Shown one piece after another: positions 1 to 8,639 of a stretch of DNA of 11,329 bases. Under the pieces are notes generated by a model. The model was given only the letters and a program-made list of their open reading frames with translations. It did not search any database and had not been told where the DNA came from. The translations under genes and the position numbers were made by a program. The DNA is from Paraspadella gotoi (taxonomy: Eukaryota; Animalia; Chaetognatha), in NCBI GenBank assembly GCA_051294375.1, contig JBJCIZ010000546.1:1-11329 (forward strand), read 5' to 3'. Every line of letters begins with the position of its first letter. Position 1 is the stretch's first letter.

Positions 1-300
1 TTATCGCAATGCGTCAGAATCAAAAGGTCGGCCGCGCGGATAGGAGCGGCTATATACAAAAACCTTACGCTCGTTTGAATTCTAACTCACGCGATATCCT
101 CGGCACTAAAGTTGCGAGGGTACGTCGGTAAAAATAGCCGCCGAGAACGGAAGGCGCGCGGCCCGCGGAATGCTGCGAAGGGGCGCCTGAACAACTGTTC
201 TGTCGCTGACCTAATAGGCGCTAGCTAATTCCAAATCCGGTGCGCATAATAGCCGAGCCAACAGGTGGCATGCCCAGTGCCCAGCGAGCTTGGTAATGCC

Positions 301-343
301 CGCCCCAGGTGCTAGGAAGGTGCCTGGGGCGAAACTATAATAA
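301..343. mobile_element. GC hairpin at a composition boundary, possible Helitron/Helentron-type terminus
   Basis: The stem cgccccagg (301-309)/cctggggcg (323-331) is followed by aaactataataat, exactly where the GC-rich block 1-331 gives way to AT-rich DNA. Confidence 0.3.
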
Positions 344-838
344 TGACACTGAAGGAAACGATTAGTCAGATTTCGGTCACCGCTCAACAAATAAACAATA
401 TAAAACTTAAACTATTACCGTTAAGTAATTGGAAGCTAAAAATAAATTAATAAGTCTGAACTCTTTTTGACGCTAAATTCAAACTCGTGTCATAACGAGT
501 TCAAATATAATAATCTATCTTCACAAAAATCTCTCAATCTAAAATGTGCCATGAAAAATGCACTGAAAATCAACTACAACTTGCATATCGAACAACAAGT
601 CTAGACTACGGACCGTGAGTTCCAGTTGGCCACCGGTGACTCCGCACAATGATGTTAAAATTGAATCAGGTATGAATCGCTCACTCGATTTGCCAACTAA
701 ACTACCAAAAACAAAAATACTCGAATCTGCATTTTCAGATGTCAAAGCAAAAATAAGCAAAAGAATCATCGCTTAATTCCTTAATACACATAATTATGAC
801 AACCGTATTTAGGGCATTAGTCTTATATTTGTAAACAA

Positions 839-965
839 TTTGGTTATCATCACATCGTCTTTGGTTACATCGCATCAATTATTGTTATCATTACATCAAT
901 ATTTGGTTATCGATCGCATCAATCCTTTGGGTGTATCATCCTGCATCAATATTTTGGTTATCATT
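839..965. repeat. ~22-bp minisatellite, about 6 copies
   Basis: Tandem tttggttatcatcgcatcaata-like units of slightly irregular length. Confidence 0.85.
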
Positions 966-1273
966 GAAGAGCTCGATCCTATTCTTTTAAAGTTTTTATA
1001 AAACGACTATGTAGGCTTTGTAAATTCATCAAACCATTCACAGGTTTAAGAATTTGTAAAATTATAGTGCATAATATGTAGAAAGGAAGAGACCGTGGGT
1101 GTTAGGAGGTGGGGAGAGAGGAGAGGAGGAGTGTCATAACATAGGGTACAAGTAGTCGATGTATAGCTCTCTCTGCTCTCTCTTTTCGAACTGTCTTATT
1201 CCGCTTAATCCCGTCTCAACGGCTATATCCTAAAGACCAGATTTTTATCCTATCCCTGCCTTAAGCCTGAAGT

Positions 1274-1331
1274 CTAACCCTAATCCTAACCCTATCATAA
1301 AGTTATTACCTCAATCTTAACCTTATCCTAA
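1274..1331. repeat. Degenerate (CCCTAA)n-like hexamer tract
   Basis: ctaaccctaatcctaaccctatc...cttaaccttatcctaa. Confidence 0.45.
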
Positions 1332-2137
1332 ACAAAACCCAAAGCAAAACTTAATGGGGGAAACGCCGGCCGTGATTTTTCATTATTTAGAGTCAATCGG
1401 AAATGGTAAGCTTTGTCAGCAATTTAAAGTGTGCTTTGCATTATCTCTCTTTGTCGTTATGTTTTTTGTCGTGTGTTCTCTTTGTCATCTATTCTTCTGT
1501 TGCATTGGATGATTTCCTGACTTTACTTAGTGAAAGAACAGCCAATAACAACGCGCAACCTTTGATTTCTGCCCCTCTCTCTTTTTCTCTCAACTCACTG
1601 CTCTAACTCACTTAGAAGTCACTCTACGTTTTCCACACACTTTTTTCAAACTGATGTTCTTTGTCTCTTGTTCTTTTTCGCAAACCTGTCCTGTAAATAT
1701 GACCCACGCTTGTACTGTATCATAAACGTACCTTATCCCCTACACGAAAATAATTCTCAATTCTTAACTTAGTTGTTGTTAACTACGGCACTATTTTCTT
1801 TAAGTAAATTTGAAACTATTTGCAAAAATGTGTTAAAATCTCTGTTTTCCTTCTTTTAAACTTATTAAGTTTGGTACAAATTACGATAACAAATCTTTCA
1901 ATTAATAATCTTTATAGGTGGCTGAGTTTTTATAAGCTGAATTGAAAATTGTGTTTTTTTGGAGTTATTTTTGACAGTTATTGGGTCATATTACTGCAAA
2001 AAGTTAATTTTTAAAAGTCTAATTATAATCCAATTATGATGTTGGAATCAGTTGACCCCTCTTCTTCGGGACAGAACAATATATAAATATGACTGCGCAA
2101 TCTCAAAAGAAGTGACCAAAATGTTTAATCTTTTAAT

Positions 2138-2163
2138 TTTTAGATTCCTTTATTGGAATATTA
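2138..2163 (-). other. 3' terminal extension (rE) of the DIRS element
   Basis: AT-rich ~26 nt beyond the 3' ITR with no partner at the 5' ITR. Its reverse complement (taatattccaataaaggaatctaaaa) matches the ICR core (ttatattcctaaaggaattaaaa, 6646-6668). It contains the hairpin ATTCC-tttatt-GGAAT (2144-2159). Confidence 0.8.
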
Positions 2164-2355
2164 ATTCTATATCGGTCCGCCGCCAGCGAAATGCCCCTTT
2201 TGTTCGCGCTAGTAGTCAGTAAGAAAACGAACAAAATAACATCGATAGATGAAAAAAAGAAATGCGCAAGGGGAAGCCGTCACGTGACTGCCTCGACCGA
2301 TGGAGCCGGCAAATCCCAAGCCGGCTCCTCCCTCATGGGCCGGTATACGAAAGCC
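2164..2355 (-). repeat. 3' inverted terminal repeat of the DIRS element
   Basis: attctatatcggtccgccgccagcgaaatgcccc...gggaagccgtcacgtgac...ggtatacgaaagcc is the inverted partner of 7477-7694. Differences are mostly small indels. Confidence 0.93.
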
Positions 2356-2489
2356 ATCAAAACGTCCCCTTAGAATCCGGTGAGGGGCGCCCCACGCGAC
2401 CGTCCCTCCGCAGTAGACACTCGAAGAAGGGACTGCGCTCGGCAGACCAATCTCCACGCGGACAGATAGACGCCGCGAATCCACGCCCG

Positions 2490-3340
2490 CGAGCGAAGGC
2501 TTCTGAAACCGCCATAGCGTGTGTCCGAAACCCACCGGGGGCGCAGAAGCATCTGCTTCAAAAAAGCTCCTTGAGAATGAGGCGAAACACTGCGCGAGCC
2601 AGTGGTGACGAAAAAGGCGGCGAGCGGGGGTGCAGAAAAGAAATTGTGGCCGGGACGGGCAAATTTCGAACAAAGGCCAATTGCGAGCGCCTGAAACCCG
2701 GGCAACGATCCCAGAGAGCGGGCAGCGAATAGAAGATGGAAACGCCCTGGACCCATGTGTCCAGAACCCTGTCCGTCCTCGAAGGCGTCGATGGCAAACC
2801 CAGACCGAACGTGATCTGCCGCTGAAGGAGAGCGCCGTGTGTCGCAACGAAGCAGAGACGATCTCTGAAGGGCGCACCGAACTGACGCTAAAGCGACGGA
2901 GAAAGAGTCGAGCGTCGTAGAAGGATCCGCATCGGCGGGATCCGAAGTGCGCCGAGTCGACGAATGCGTAAAACCGAGCGCATTCACGTGGGGAAAAATC
3001 GACGTGAAGGGAGGGCGTCTCTCGAAAACCTCCCTTGAGAAGAGCGCCGGACCACAGGAAGCTCTGCCAACCCGGCGCTCCCGGCTAGGGGGGGGAGAGT
3101 AGCTGAGATGGCCGCGATCTGAGCTGTACGAGAGGTCCTCGAACACTCTCCTATCCTGAAGGAAGTCGCAGGAGCACCAAGGCTCTGGCTAGCTGCTCTC
3201 CGGGTAGCGAGCCTCTCCAGCGTCGACGATGGACGGAGAAGGGTGGAGTCGTCGATTCGAGAGAATGTGCACCGCCTAAAAACCTTTCCAACGAGAGTGC
3301 CGAGATGCGATCCGCCTGCGGTGTGCGAAAGGGTTCCGAC
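2490..3340 (-). pseudogene. DIRS tyrosine recombinase (YR), frameshifted as sequenced; N-terminal limit uncertain
   Basis: LERFLGG...PP (~3295-3250) and ARALVLLRLPSG preceding the expected catalytic Arg (~3190-3145). An HxxR-like motif reads H-P-A-R after removing one C (~2632-2620). QMLLRPRWVSDT-TLWRFQKP (~2555-2498) resembles the DIRS YR ending W.S..TF.RFY.KP. Confidence 0.75.
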
Positions 3341-3429
3341 GACGAGCAGGTGCGACGCACGAGGTTTGTTCGAGGGCGTCGCGCCAGGCAGAGGCGCCTC
3401 CGCGTCCAGAAACCCTGAAGAGGAAAAAG

Positions 3430-5330
3430 GAGGCCTCTGGAAACCACTTCTGAGACCGGCCAAACGGGGGTGATCAGGAGAAGGGAGAACCTCGCCTTCT
3501 CCAGCTTCGGAATGCACCATCATCAGCAGAGGAGGGGGAGGAAAAGATAGGCCAGTGGACAGCTGGCCAGGGCTACCCCGCAGCGGCCTCCACGAAAAAA
3601 ACGTGGAACTTGAGCCGACCGGGAGTCGCTCGAAAAAAACGATGTGGAGGGACCGATATGTTTCGACATTCCGATTCCTGCTGCAGAAACCTCTCGGAAG
3701 GAGTGTCCAGTCCGCGTTCACTTAGCGGCCCCTCTGACGACCCGCGCGCCGTGATGATAATAGTCTCTGCTTTCCGAAGAGAGAATGGACTCCTGCTTGC
3801 ATACCGTCTCCATCCCGCTACGAAGCGGCAGTGAGGAGAGACGAAGCTTTCGTCGTCTTCCAAGGATGGAACGCGCCGTCGGAAGGAAGAGCTTCGCTTG
3901 GAGAGTCCTACTGAACGCTTTCACGAAAAGGAGAGGGCAGTCTCCATTGACGCAGGCCCACAGTTGACCCGATGCGAAAACCCCAGTCCCTGCGATGAAG
4001 CACTCCGTCGTCACGGCTAAGGGCAGAGGGAGGCGGCTCAGCGCAGGAGGGTCTGTCGATCGGGACGCCGAGGTAGCCTAGGCTGAGACGAGGCGCGTCC
4101 AGCGCTTGTCCTCTTCATGGCGACGGGCCGGCAGAGTTGGAGATGGGAAACGAAGCGCCAGCCTCACCGAGATACCTCTCACCTTCGACGTCGTTCACCT
4201 TAGCGTGAGACACGACTCCCCGGGGAAATTCGTCGAGCCGACAAGGGACGGGCTAGAGCTCGATCCAGAGTCGGACCGTCGAGAAGAACGCGTGAGACCT
4301 CTGACTGGCCAAACGTTGACAATCGATACTGCAGCGTAGCACGGTCGCCAAGGACGCCGCCTGTCGAATGGCCTACGAGCTGAAGGACCTGACGAGCACG
4401 TGTGTGCGGTGTGGCAAAGATTTCCCCGCGAGAAGCGAAGCAAGTCGATTTTCGTCTCGTGGAGCGCGAAATGGGAGTGGGAAGAGGCCTGCTCCCAAAC
4501 GATAACCGAAGAAATTCGACAGCTCTGCAGAGGAGACAGGCTCGACTCTGAAGTGGATGGGTGACACCCCGCTCCTTCTTGAGTAGCCCACACCGTCCTT
4601 CCGAGTGGCGACTCGTCGACAATTGTCCGCCGAGGAAAAACTCAGGATCCAAGATGCCGTCTACAATGAAAAAAATGCAATCAATCCCATTGGTCGAGGC
4701 GGAGGGCCAAAGACTAAGGGGGTTCCCTCGTCGTCTGTGAAAAGCAAGGGCGCGGCCGATCGTAGAGCGCGCGAAAAGAAAGGGATCTGTACTGGTAGAC
4801 GCGCCCTCTCCAAAGGAAGCGGCCAAAGTCTTCGATGATCCTCCGTTGGGACGGAGAGAAGGAGATAAGCAATCGTCGGGCGGGTGCTTCACCGAGGCAC
4901 CCAGAGGCGCTCCCATCGACCTCGAAACATCCGTTCTACGTCCGGGGCTCCTCCCTCCGGAAATAAGCGGCGGCGAAAGGGAGACGAGAGTTGAAGCTTC
5001 TTTTAAGTTCAAAAATCGGGGCGCCAGGCCTCCATCTTTCTTTCGTAACAGAGGAAAAACATTGCGAAAAGAACCCGGAGAAACCGGGACTACCCTTGAT
5101 GGCCGTCTCTCCCCAAAAGCCGCCGCATCCTTCCGCGTCGACCAAGGCGTTCTCGGTCCCCAAAAGACGGTGTCGCGTCCGAGGAAGATTGGAAAGCGTC
5201 TGGAAACTCTTCGCCCCTCGAGGCGAATTCCCGAGAAGTTATCGAGAATTGGCGACGTCTCGCCAACGAGGGTCGTCCAGGGGTTGAAGCAGACGAGAGC
5301 CCGACCTCACTCGACGGGGACTTCACCGAA
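3430..5330 (-). pseudogene. pol: DIRS pol: reverse transcriptase + RNase H + methyltransferase-like domain (frameshifted as sequenced)
   Basis: Motifs read across frameshifts: PV..GR...F..WTTL....ILD..SGIRLE (~5325-5220); KKDGG-WR-PI-LNLK (~5045-5000); DFGRFLWRGRVYQYRSLSF (4830-4774); CIFFIVDGIL at the YxDD position (~4679-4650); RNase H VTT-D-ASSQGLG (~4014-3981) and NAD (~3715); MT-like FFSWRP...FPPPPLL...KLEKARFSLLLITPVWP-SQKWFP (~3600-3438). Confidence 0.9.
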
Positions 5331-6366
5331 GAAGCACCGGCGCGGAAAGATCCGTGTCGAGACTTCGGTCCATGGCGGATCCGGCACTAAAACTGGGCGG
5401 TCTCGGACGAAGGCGCGCCGCGAGGCGAGGCGTTCGAGTCACTTCGGCCGGGATGCGAATCCCCGGCCCTTCCCGTCTCCCACTTCTTGCTGAGGAACAG
5501 ACTTCATGGGTTTCCACATGCTGCCTTGAAGGTAAGACCGTGAGGGAAATGAGAGGCGCTTCCAGTCGGCAGTGGGTTCTGCGCCGAGCGCGCACGTTCA
5601 TGAAAGCGTCGAATTGAGCGCCGATTCCAGCTGCCGCCTTCCTGAATACCAAAAAGGAAGAAGATCGGTCTGGCCGCGGAGCGAGAAGGCGTGTGCCGGA
5701 ATCCTCGGCGCCACAAAGCGAGTACCTTGGCGCGCGGATCTCGCCGACTGAAAAGGTTGAGGGACGCCGCTTGAATAAGAAGCCGCGTCGCGAAGCGCGG
5801 CGGCAAAGCGGCATCGCCCAACGCTGACCTCAATTTCTGACGAGCCGGAAGCGGAGAGCCTCCTTGATTCCGCGCAGCTCATCGGAAACTAAGGATGGCA
5901 GCGCGGTAGCGCCGTTCGTCTGCATCGCACGTGAAAGGAGGCGGAGAGTAGCCGCGTTATTCCCCTTGGAAAACGCGACTCGAATTGAAGCGAGAGGCAA
6001 CGTGTTCCGGCGTCGGAAGCGGTGAACTCCGGAGGAGAAGCGACGTCGATGCCAGTGGCGTTTACTGCCGATCGCTGGGCGTTCCCAGCGAGTTCCAGTG
6101 TGCCGTGAGGAAGACCCCTTCCAACAGCGAAGAAACGCCACATGTAACGAACCTGGAACCGGCGCTCGACCTGCTCGGTGGCAGGAAGCCGCTCGAAAAC
6201 CGCCGACGTCGTCATCCGAAGACGAAACGTTTCTCCCTCCTCGCCGAATCGGAGGAGTACTTGCGCGTCCGGAATCCGGCACTGTGTGGATCGATTGACG
6301 CTTGGGTAGAGGCGAGACTGTTGTGACGGTCCGAGGCGGTGCGCCCCGATCTGATGAGGGGGCCGC
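5330..6366 (-). pseudogene. DIRS ORF1 (gag-like), predicted exon 2, frameshifted; 3' end approximate
   Basis: The frame is open from 6366 (AAPSSDRGAPPRTV...SSSDDDVGGF) into ORF 5830..6282. Overlapping minus-strand ORF fragments continue to the pol start. Positional assignment. Confidence 0.5.
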
Positions 6367-6904
6367 CTACTGAGTCGGAACAGCAGAAGAATTCGAGAAC
6401 TCATCAAAACGAGGCGAAGCGTAGTGGAGAGAAAAAACCGACCCGATATGGAATGTCACATGTAAAAAAAAACGTAAGCGGAAACAATTAGCGCGAGAAT
6501 TAAACGGAAAAAAAAACTCCCGAACCCCCCCCCTCTCTCCCAACCCGCCCTTCCCTAAGCCACCCAAAGCCACAAAAAAAACATGGTAGGAGAACAAAAA
6601 AAGGGCTGGACGTGGTGATCGGGCGAGGCGGACGCGATTATAGACTTATATTCCTAAAGGAATTAAAAATTCTCATATCGCGTCCGCCTCGCCACGAAAA
6701 TGCCCCATGCCAAGAGGCCGGAGGAAGAGCGGTTTATTTCAACAAAATTAATTCGATCGAATCAGACGAAATAAAAAATTCTAAAAGTTCCAAAAATCGA
6801 ATAATTCGAAAAAAGAAAGAAATAACGGAGAAACAAAAGAGGGAGGCGAGCGTTGAAAACGAGCTTAAAACCCCCACTACGCATATGCTCGGGGAAAAAC
6901 TCAC
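6367..6904 (-). other. Predicted 538-nt spliceosomal intron in DIRS ORF1
   Basis: Donor GCC|GTGAGT at 6904 and acceptor ttcttctgctgttccgactcagtag|GCG at 6367. The interior is T-rich, unlike the flanking GC-rich coding DNA. Phase-0 joining links the frames of ORFs 6734..7180 and 5830..6282. Confidence 0.65.
6622..6706 (-). other. Internal complementary region (ICR) of the DIRS element
   Basis: The + strand reads ggcgaggcggacgcgattataga-cttatattcctaaaggaattaaaa-ATT-ctcatatcgcgtccgcctcgccacgaaaatgcccc. This is the element's sense-strand 3' end plus rE, one ATT, then its 5' end, so the sense strand here is complementary to both termini. Confidence 0.9.
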
Positions 6905-7312
6905 GGCCCCAAAGCGTCGAAACCGCCGCTGAGACTCGGCGCGAAAATCGTCGAAATCCATCCTAAAGCTGTTGCAGTGACGAAGACATCTCGTAAGGAC
7001 AGACTCGCAGTCCTCTGTCTCGTCATCCGCGCAGTGGGGGATACCAGACCGGCCGCACAGGTCCGAGAGCCAGCGAGAGGGCGCCTGGACTAAGCCCCAC
7101 CGCTCGGCGGGCAACGCAAAGTGTCGGTTGGGTACGGGCCGAGTCCCCAAAACCGACGGAATCGGGCTGCCGAAAACCACGTAAAAGGGGGAAAGGCGGT
7201 GTCGGTGGGGCAGGTGGCGGCGGGGCGAGACCGCTCGAGTCTCCCTTAGGACCTCTCAAGCCCCGAGGGATCTTCCAAACCCTTCTCTACGTTTTAGAGA
7301 CATGTCCGACAT
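6905..7312 (-). pseudogene. DIRS ORF1 (gag-like), predicted exon 1, frameshifted as sequenced
   Basis: First ATGs inside the 5' ITR boundary are at 7312/7303 (MSDMSLKRR). A Pro-rich stretch follows, then ...WLSDLCGRSGIP...DFDDFRAESQRRF, ending at a GTGAGT donor. Assigned by position only. Confidence 0.55.
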
Positions 7313-7476
7313 TTTTCGGGCTGTCAGACTTCTTGTCGAACGTTCGTCTCTACTTGACTCTAATGAGCGGGTTTCGAAGCGTAGATATACGAGAAAATCG
7401 TGAAAAAAGTCAAGAAAAAAAACGCGGAAATCAAGTAAGGAAACAACCGAACTAGGATGAGCGCGAAAAAGAATTA

Positions 7477-7694
7477 GGCTTTCGTATACCCGGATGAGGG
7501 AGGGCCGGATTGGGATTTGCCGGGCTCCCATTGGTTCGAAGGCCGGTCACGTGACGGCTTCCCCTGATTTTTCTTTTTTCATCCTATCCGAGGTTATTTT
7601 GTTCGTTTTTTCTTACGTCTGATAAACGCGCGATCTATCGACTAGCGCGAACCCAAAAAGGGCATTTCGTGGCGAGGCGGACCGATATGAGAAT
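7477..7694 (-). repeat. 5' inverted terminal repeat of the DIRS element
   Basis: Its reverse complement (attctcatatcggtccgcctcgccacgaaatgccc...gggaagccgtcacgtgac...ggtatacgaaagcc) aligns with 2164-2355. Confidence 0.93.
7480..7555 (-). promoter_or_regulatory. Candidate Pol II promoter motifs in the 5' ITR
   Basis: Palindromic E-box GTCACGTGAC (7546-7555, also 2279-2288). Two CCAAT boxes on the minus strand (7534-7530, 7513-7509). Weak TATA-like GTATAC near 7489-7484, about 170 nt upstream of the ORF1 ATG. Confidence 0.4.
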
Positions 7695-7870
7695 CCAAGT
7701 TTTTCTAGTGTGGTAATATTTTTTTTTAATTTGGGGTTGTCTTAGGTTAAAGCACACGTTTTACAATATTTTAAAATCATCACGTAATTTGATTTATTAT
7801 TTTTGACTATTTTAGTGAAAAAAGTTTTAAACTCATTTTTATGTGATAACTCCTATGTTTTTTTAAATAC

Positions 7871-8127
7871 CTCCCTGAAATTACATCAATATGTGCGGGC
7901 ATGTTAGTCGATTATATGGACCAAAAATAAAACAAATTAAAAAAAAAATAGCTGTTTTAGAAGCAAAACAAAATAAAAAATAAATCAAGACCTTAGCGCA
8001 AAATTTTAGAAATGATTATTTTCTATCAGGTGGGCAATAGAGCAAATTTTCCTTCATCTTTTTACGAAATCTTAGCTCATTATAACGATAACTTTATGAG
8101 TTATTCATTCACTGGACTACTAGGAGT
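7871..8127 (-). pseudogene. Damaged USP35/38-like exons 3 (8127-7992) and 4 (7951-7871)
   Basis: Splice signals are largely phase-compatible (ttttctctag|, AAG|gt, 40-nt intron ending ctaaaacag|, AG|gtattt). ENLLYCPPDRK*SFLKFCAK|L resembles USP38 DFVQCIPKGKLSITFCQQL. In-frame stops lie at 8111, 8096 and 8018. Exon 4 has a stop and an apparent frameshift in a T10 run. Confidence 0.45.
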
Positions 8128-8271
8128 CTAGAGAAAAGTTACTGTATAATATATAATTATAAAATTAACCGATTTTAACGGTTTTATGAATTTAACGAAT
8201 TTCATGAAAAATTAACGGTTAACGAAACTCTACTTTGAACTCCGTCACTTAATATAAATAAATCAAACCAC

Positions 8272-8565
8272 CTGGATGTGGGCGCTGCAACTATCGCCGC
8301 GACGGTGCCGGTGCAGGCGCCCGTAGCGGAGCCGGCGTCCTCATCACCGGATTGAATGGTGGGAGGAAAGGAGGCGGTGGAGGAGACGGAGTCGGAGGGG
8401 GAGGGCGGGGAGGAGGAGGGGGTAGGAGGACCGGAACTGGGGGGCGAAGGGATGGCGCTGGCGCTAGTCGAAGGCGCAGAGGCACTAGGGGCAGCGGGGA
8501 TGGGCGTGGATGGGGAGGCGTTGGCGCGATCGAAAAAGTCGATTATAGTTTCGTGGCCGAAAAAC
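8272..8565 (-). CDS. USP38: USP35/USP38-like coding exon 2 (Pro/Ser-rich)
   Basis: A 74-nt intron (8639-8566) ends ttcttcag. The spliced frame continues YLNE|FFGHETIIDFFDRANASPSTPIPAAPS...AAPTS with no stop. Donor AG|GTGGTT at 8271. The 294-nt length fits phase 2/2. Confidence 0.75.
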
Positions 8566-8639
8566 CTGAAGAAATGATAAAGTATTAAACAGATTTACTT
8601 AAGAGTTATTAGGAAATTTCCTTCTATTTAAAGACCCAC

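Larger units (their letters stand above)
2135..7694 (-). mobile_element. DIRS1-like tyrosine-recombinase retrotransposon, apparently full length (~5.56 kb), ORFs frameshifted as sequenced
   Basis: GC/CpG-rich block in AT-rich DNA, bounded by ~190-220 nt imperfect inverted repeats. Minus-strand motif order is ORF1, RT, RNase H, MT-like, YR. An internal complement of the joined ends is at 6622-6706. AAT occurs at both junctions (2135-2137, 7692-7694). Confidence 0.93.

Noticed and set aside
839-965. Possible CRISPR-like array
   Set aside because: Head-to-tail repeats without unique spacers, eukaryotic context, no cas genes.
1274-1331. True telomere or telomere-addition site
   Set aside because: Short, highly degenerate and interstitial. 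More likely part of a dispersed repeat.
1692-1996. MITE defined by inverted aatatgaccca / tgggtcatatt
   Set aside because: Only ~11 bp of clear match, a weak extension and no target-site duplication. The region may instead be decayed USP sequence.
2191-6932. Many plus-strand ORFs inside the element (e.g. 4846..5493, 2262..2732, 6612..6932)
   Set aside because: Antisense shadows of GC-rich coding DNA, or A-rich sequence opposite the intron. All recognisable motifs are on the minus strand.
2164-7694. Cut-and-paste DNA transposon or LTR element
   Set aside because: RT/RNase H plus YR motifs and an ICR are present. There is no DDE transposase or integrase motif and no direct LTRs.
7695-7907. 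Plus-strand gene model with 33- and 32-nt GTAAT...TTAG mini-introns (7713-7745, 7784-7815)
   Set aside because: Its first exon needed 2144-2165, which the ICR shows belongs to the element. There is no recognisable protein, and such signals are common in AT-rich DNA.
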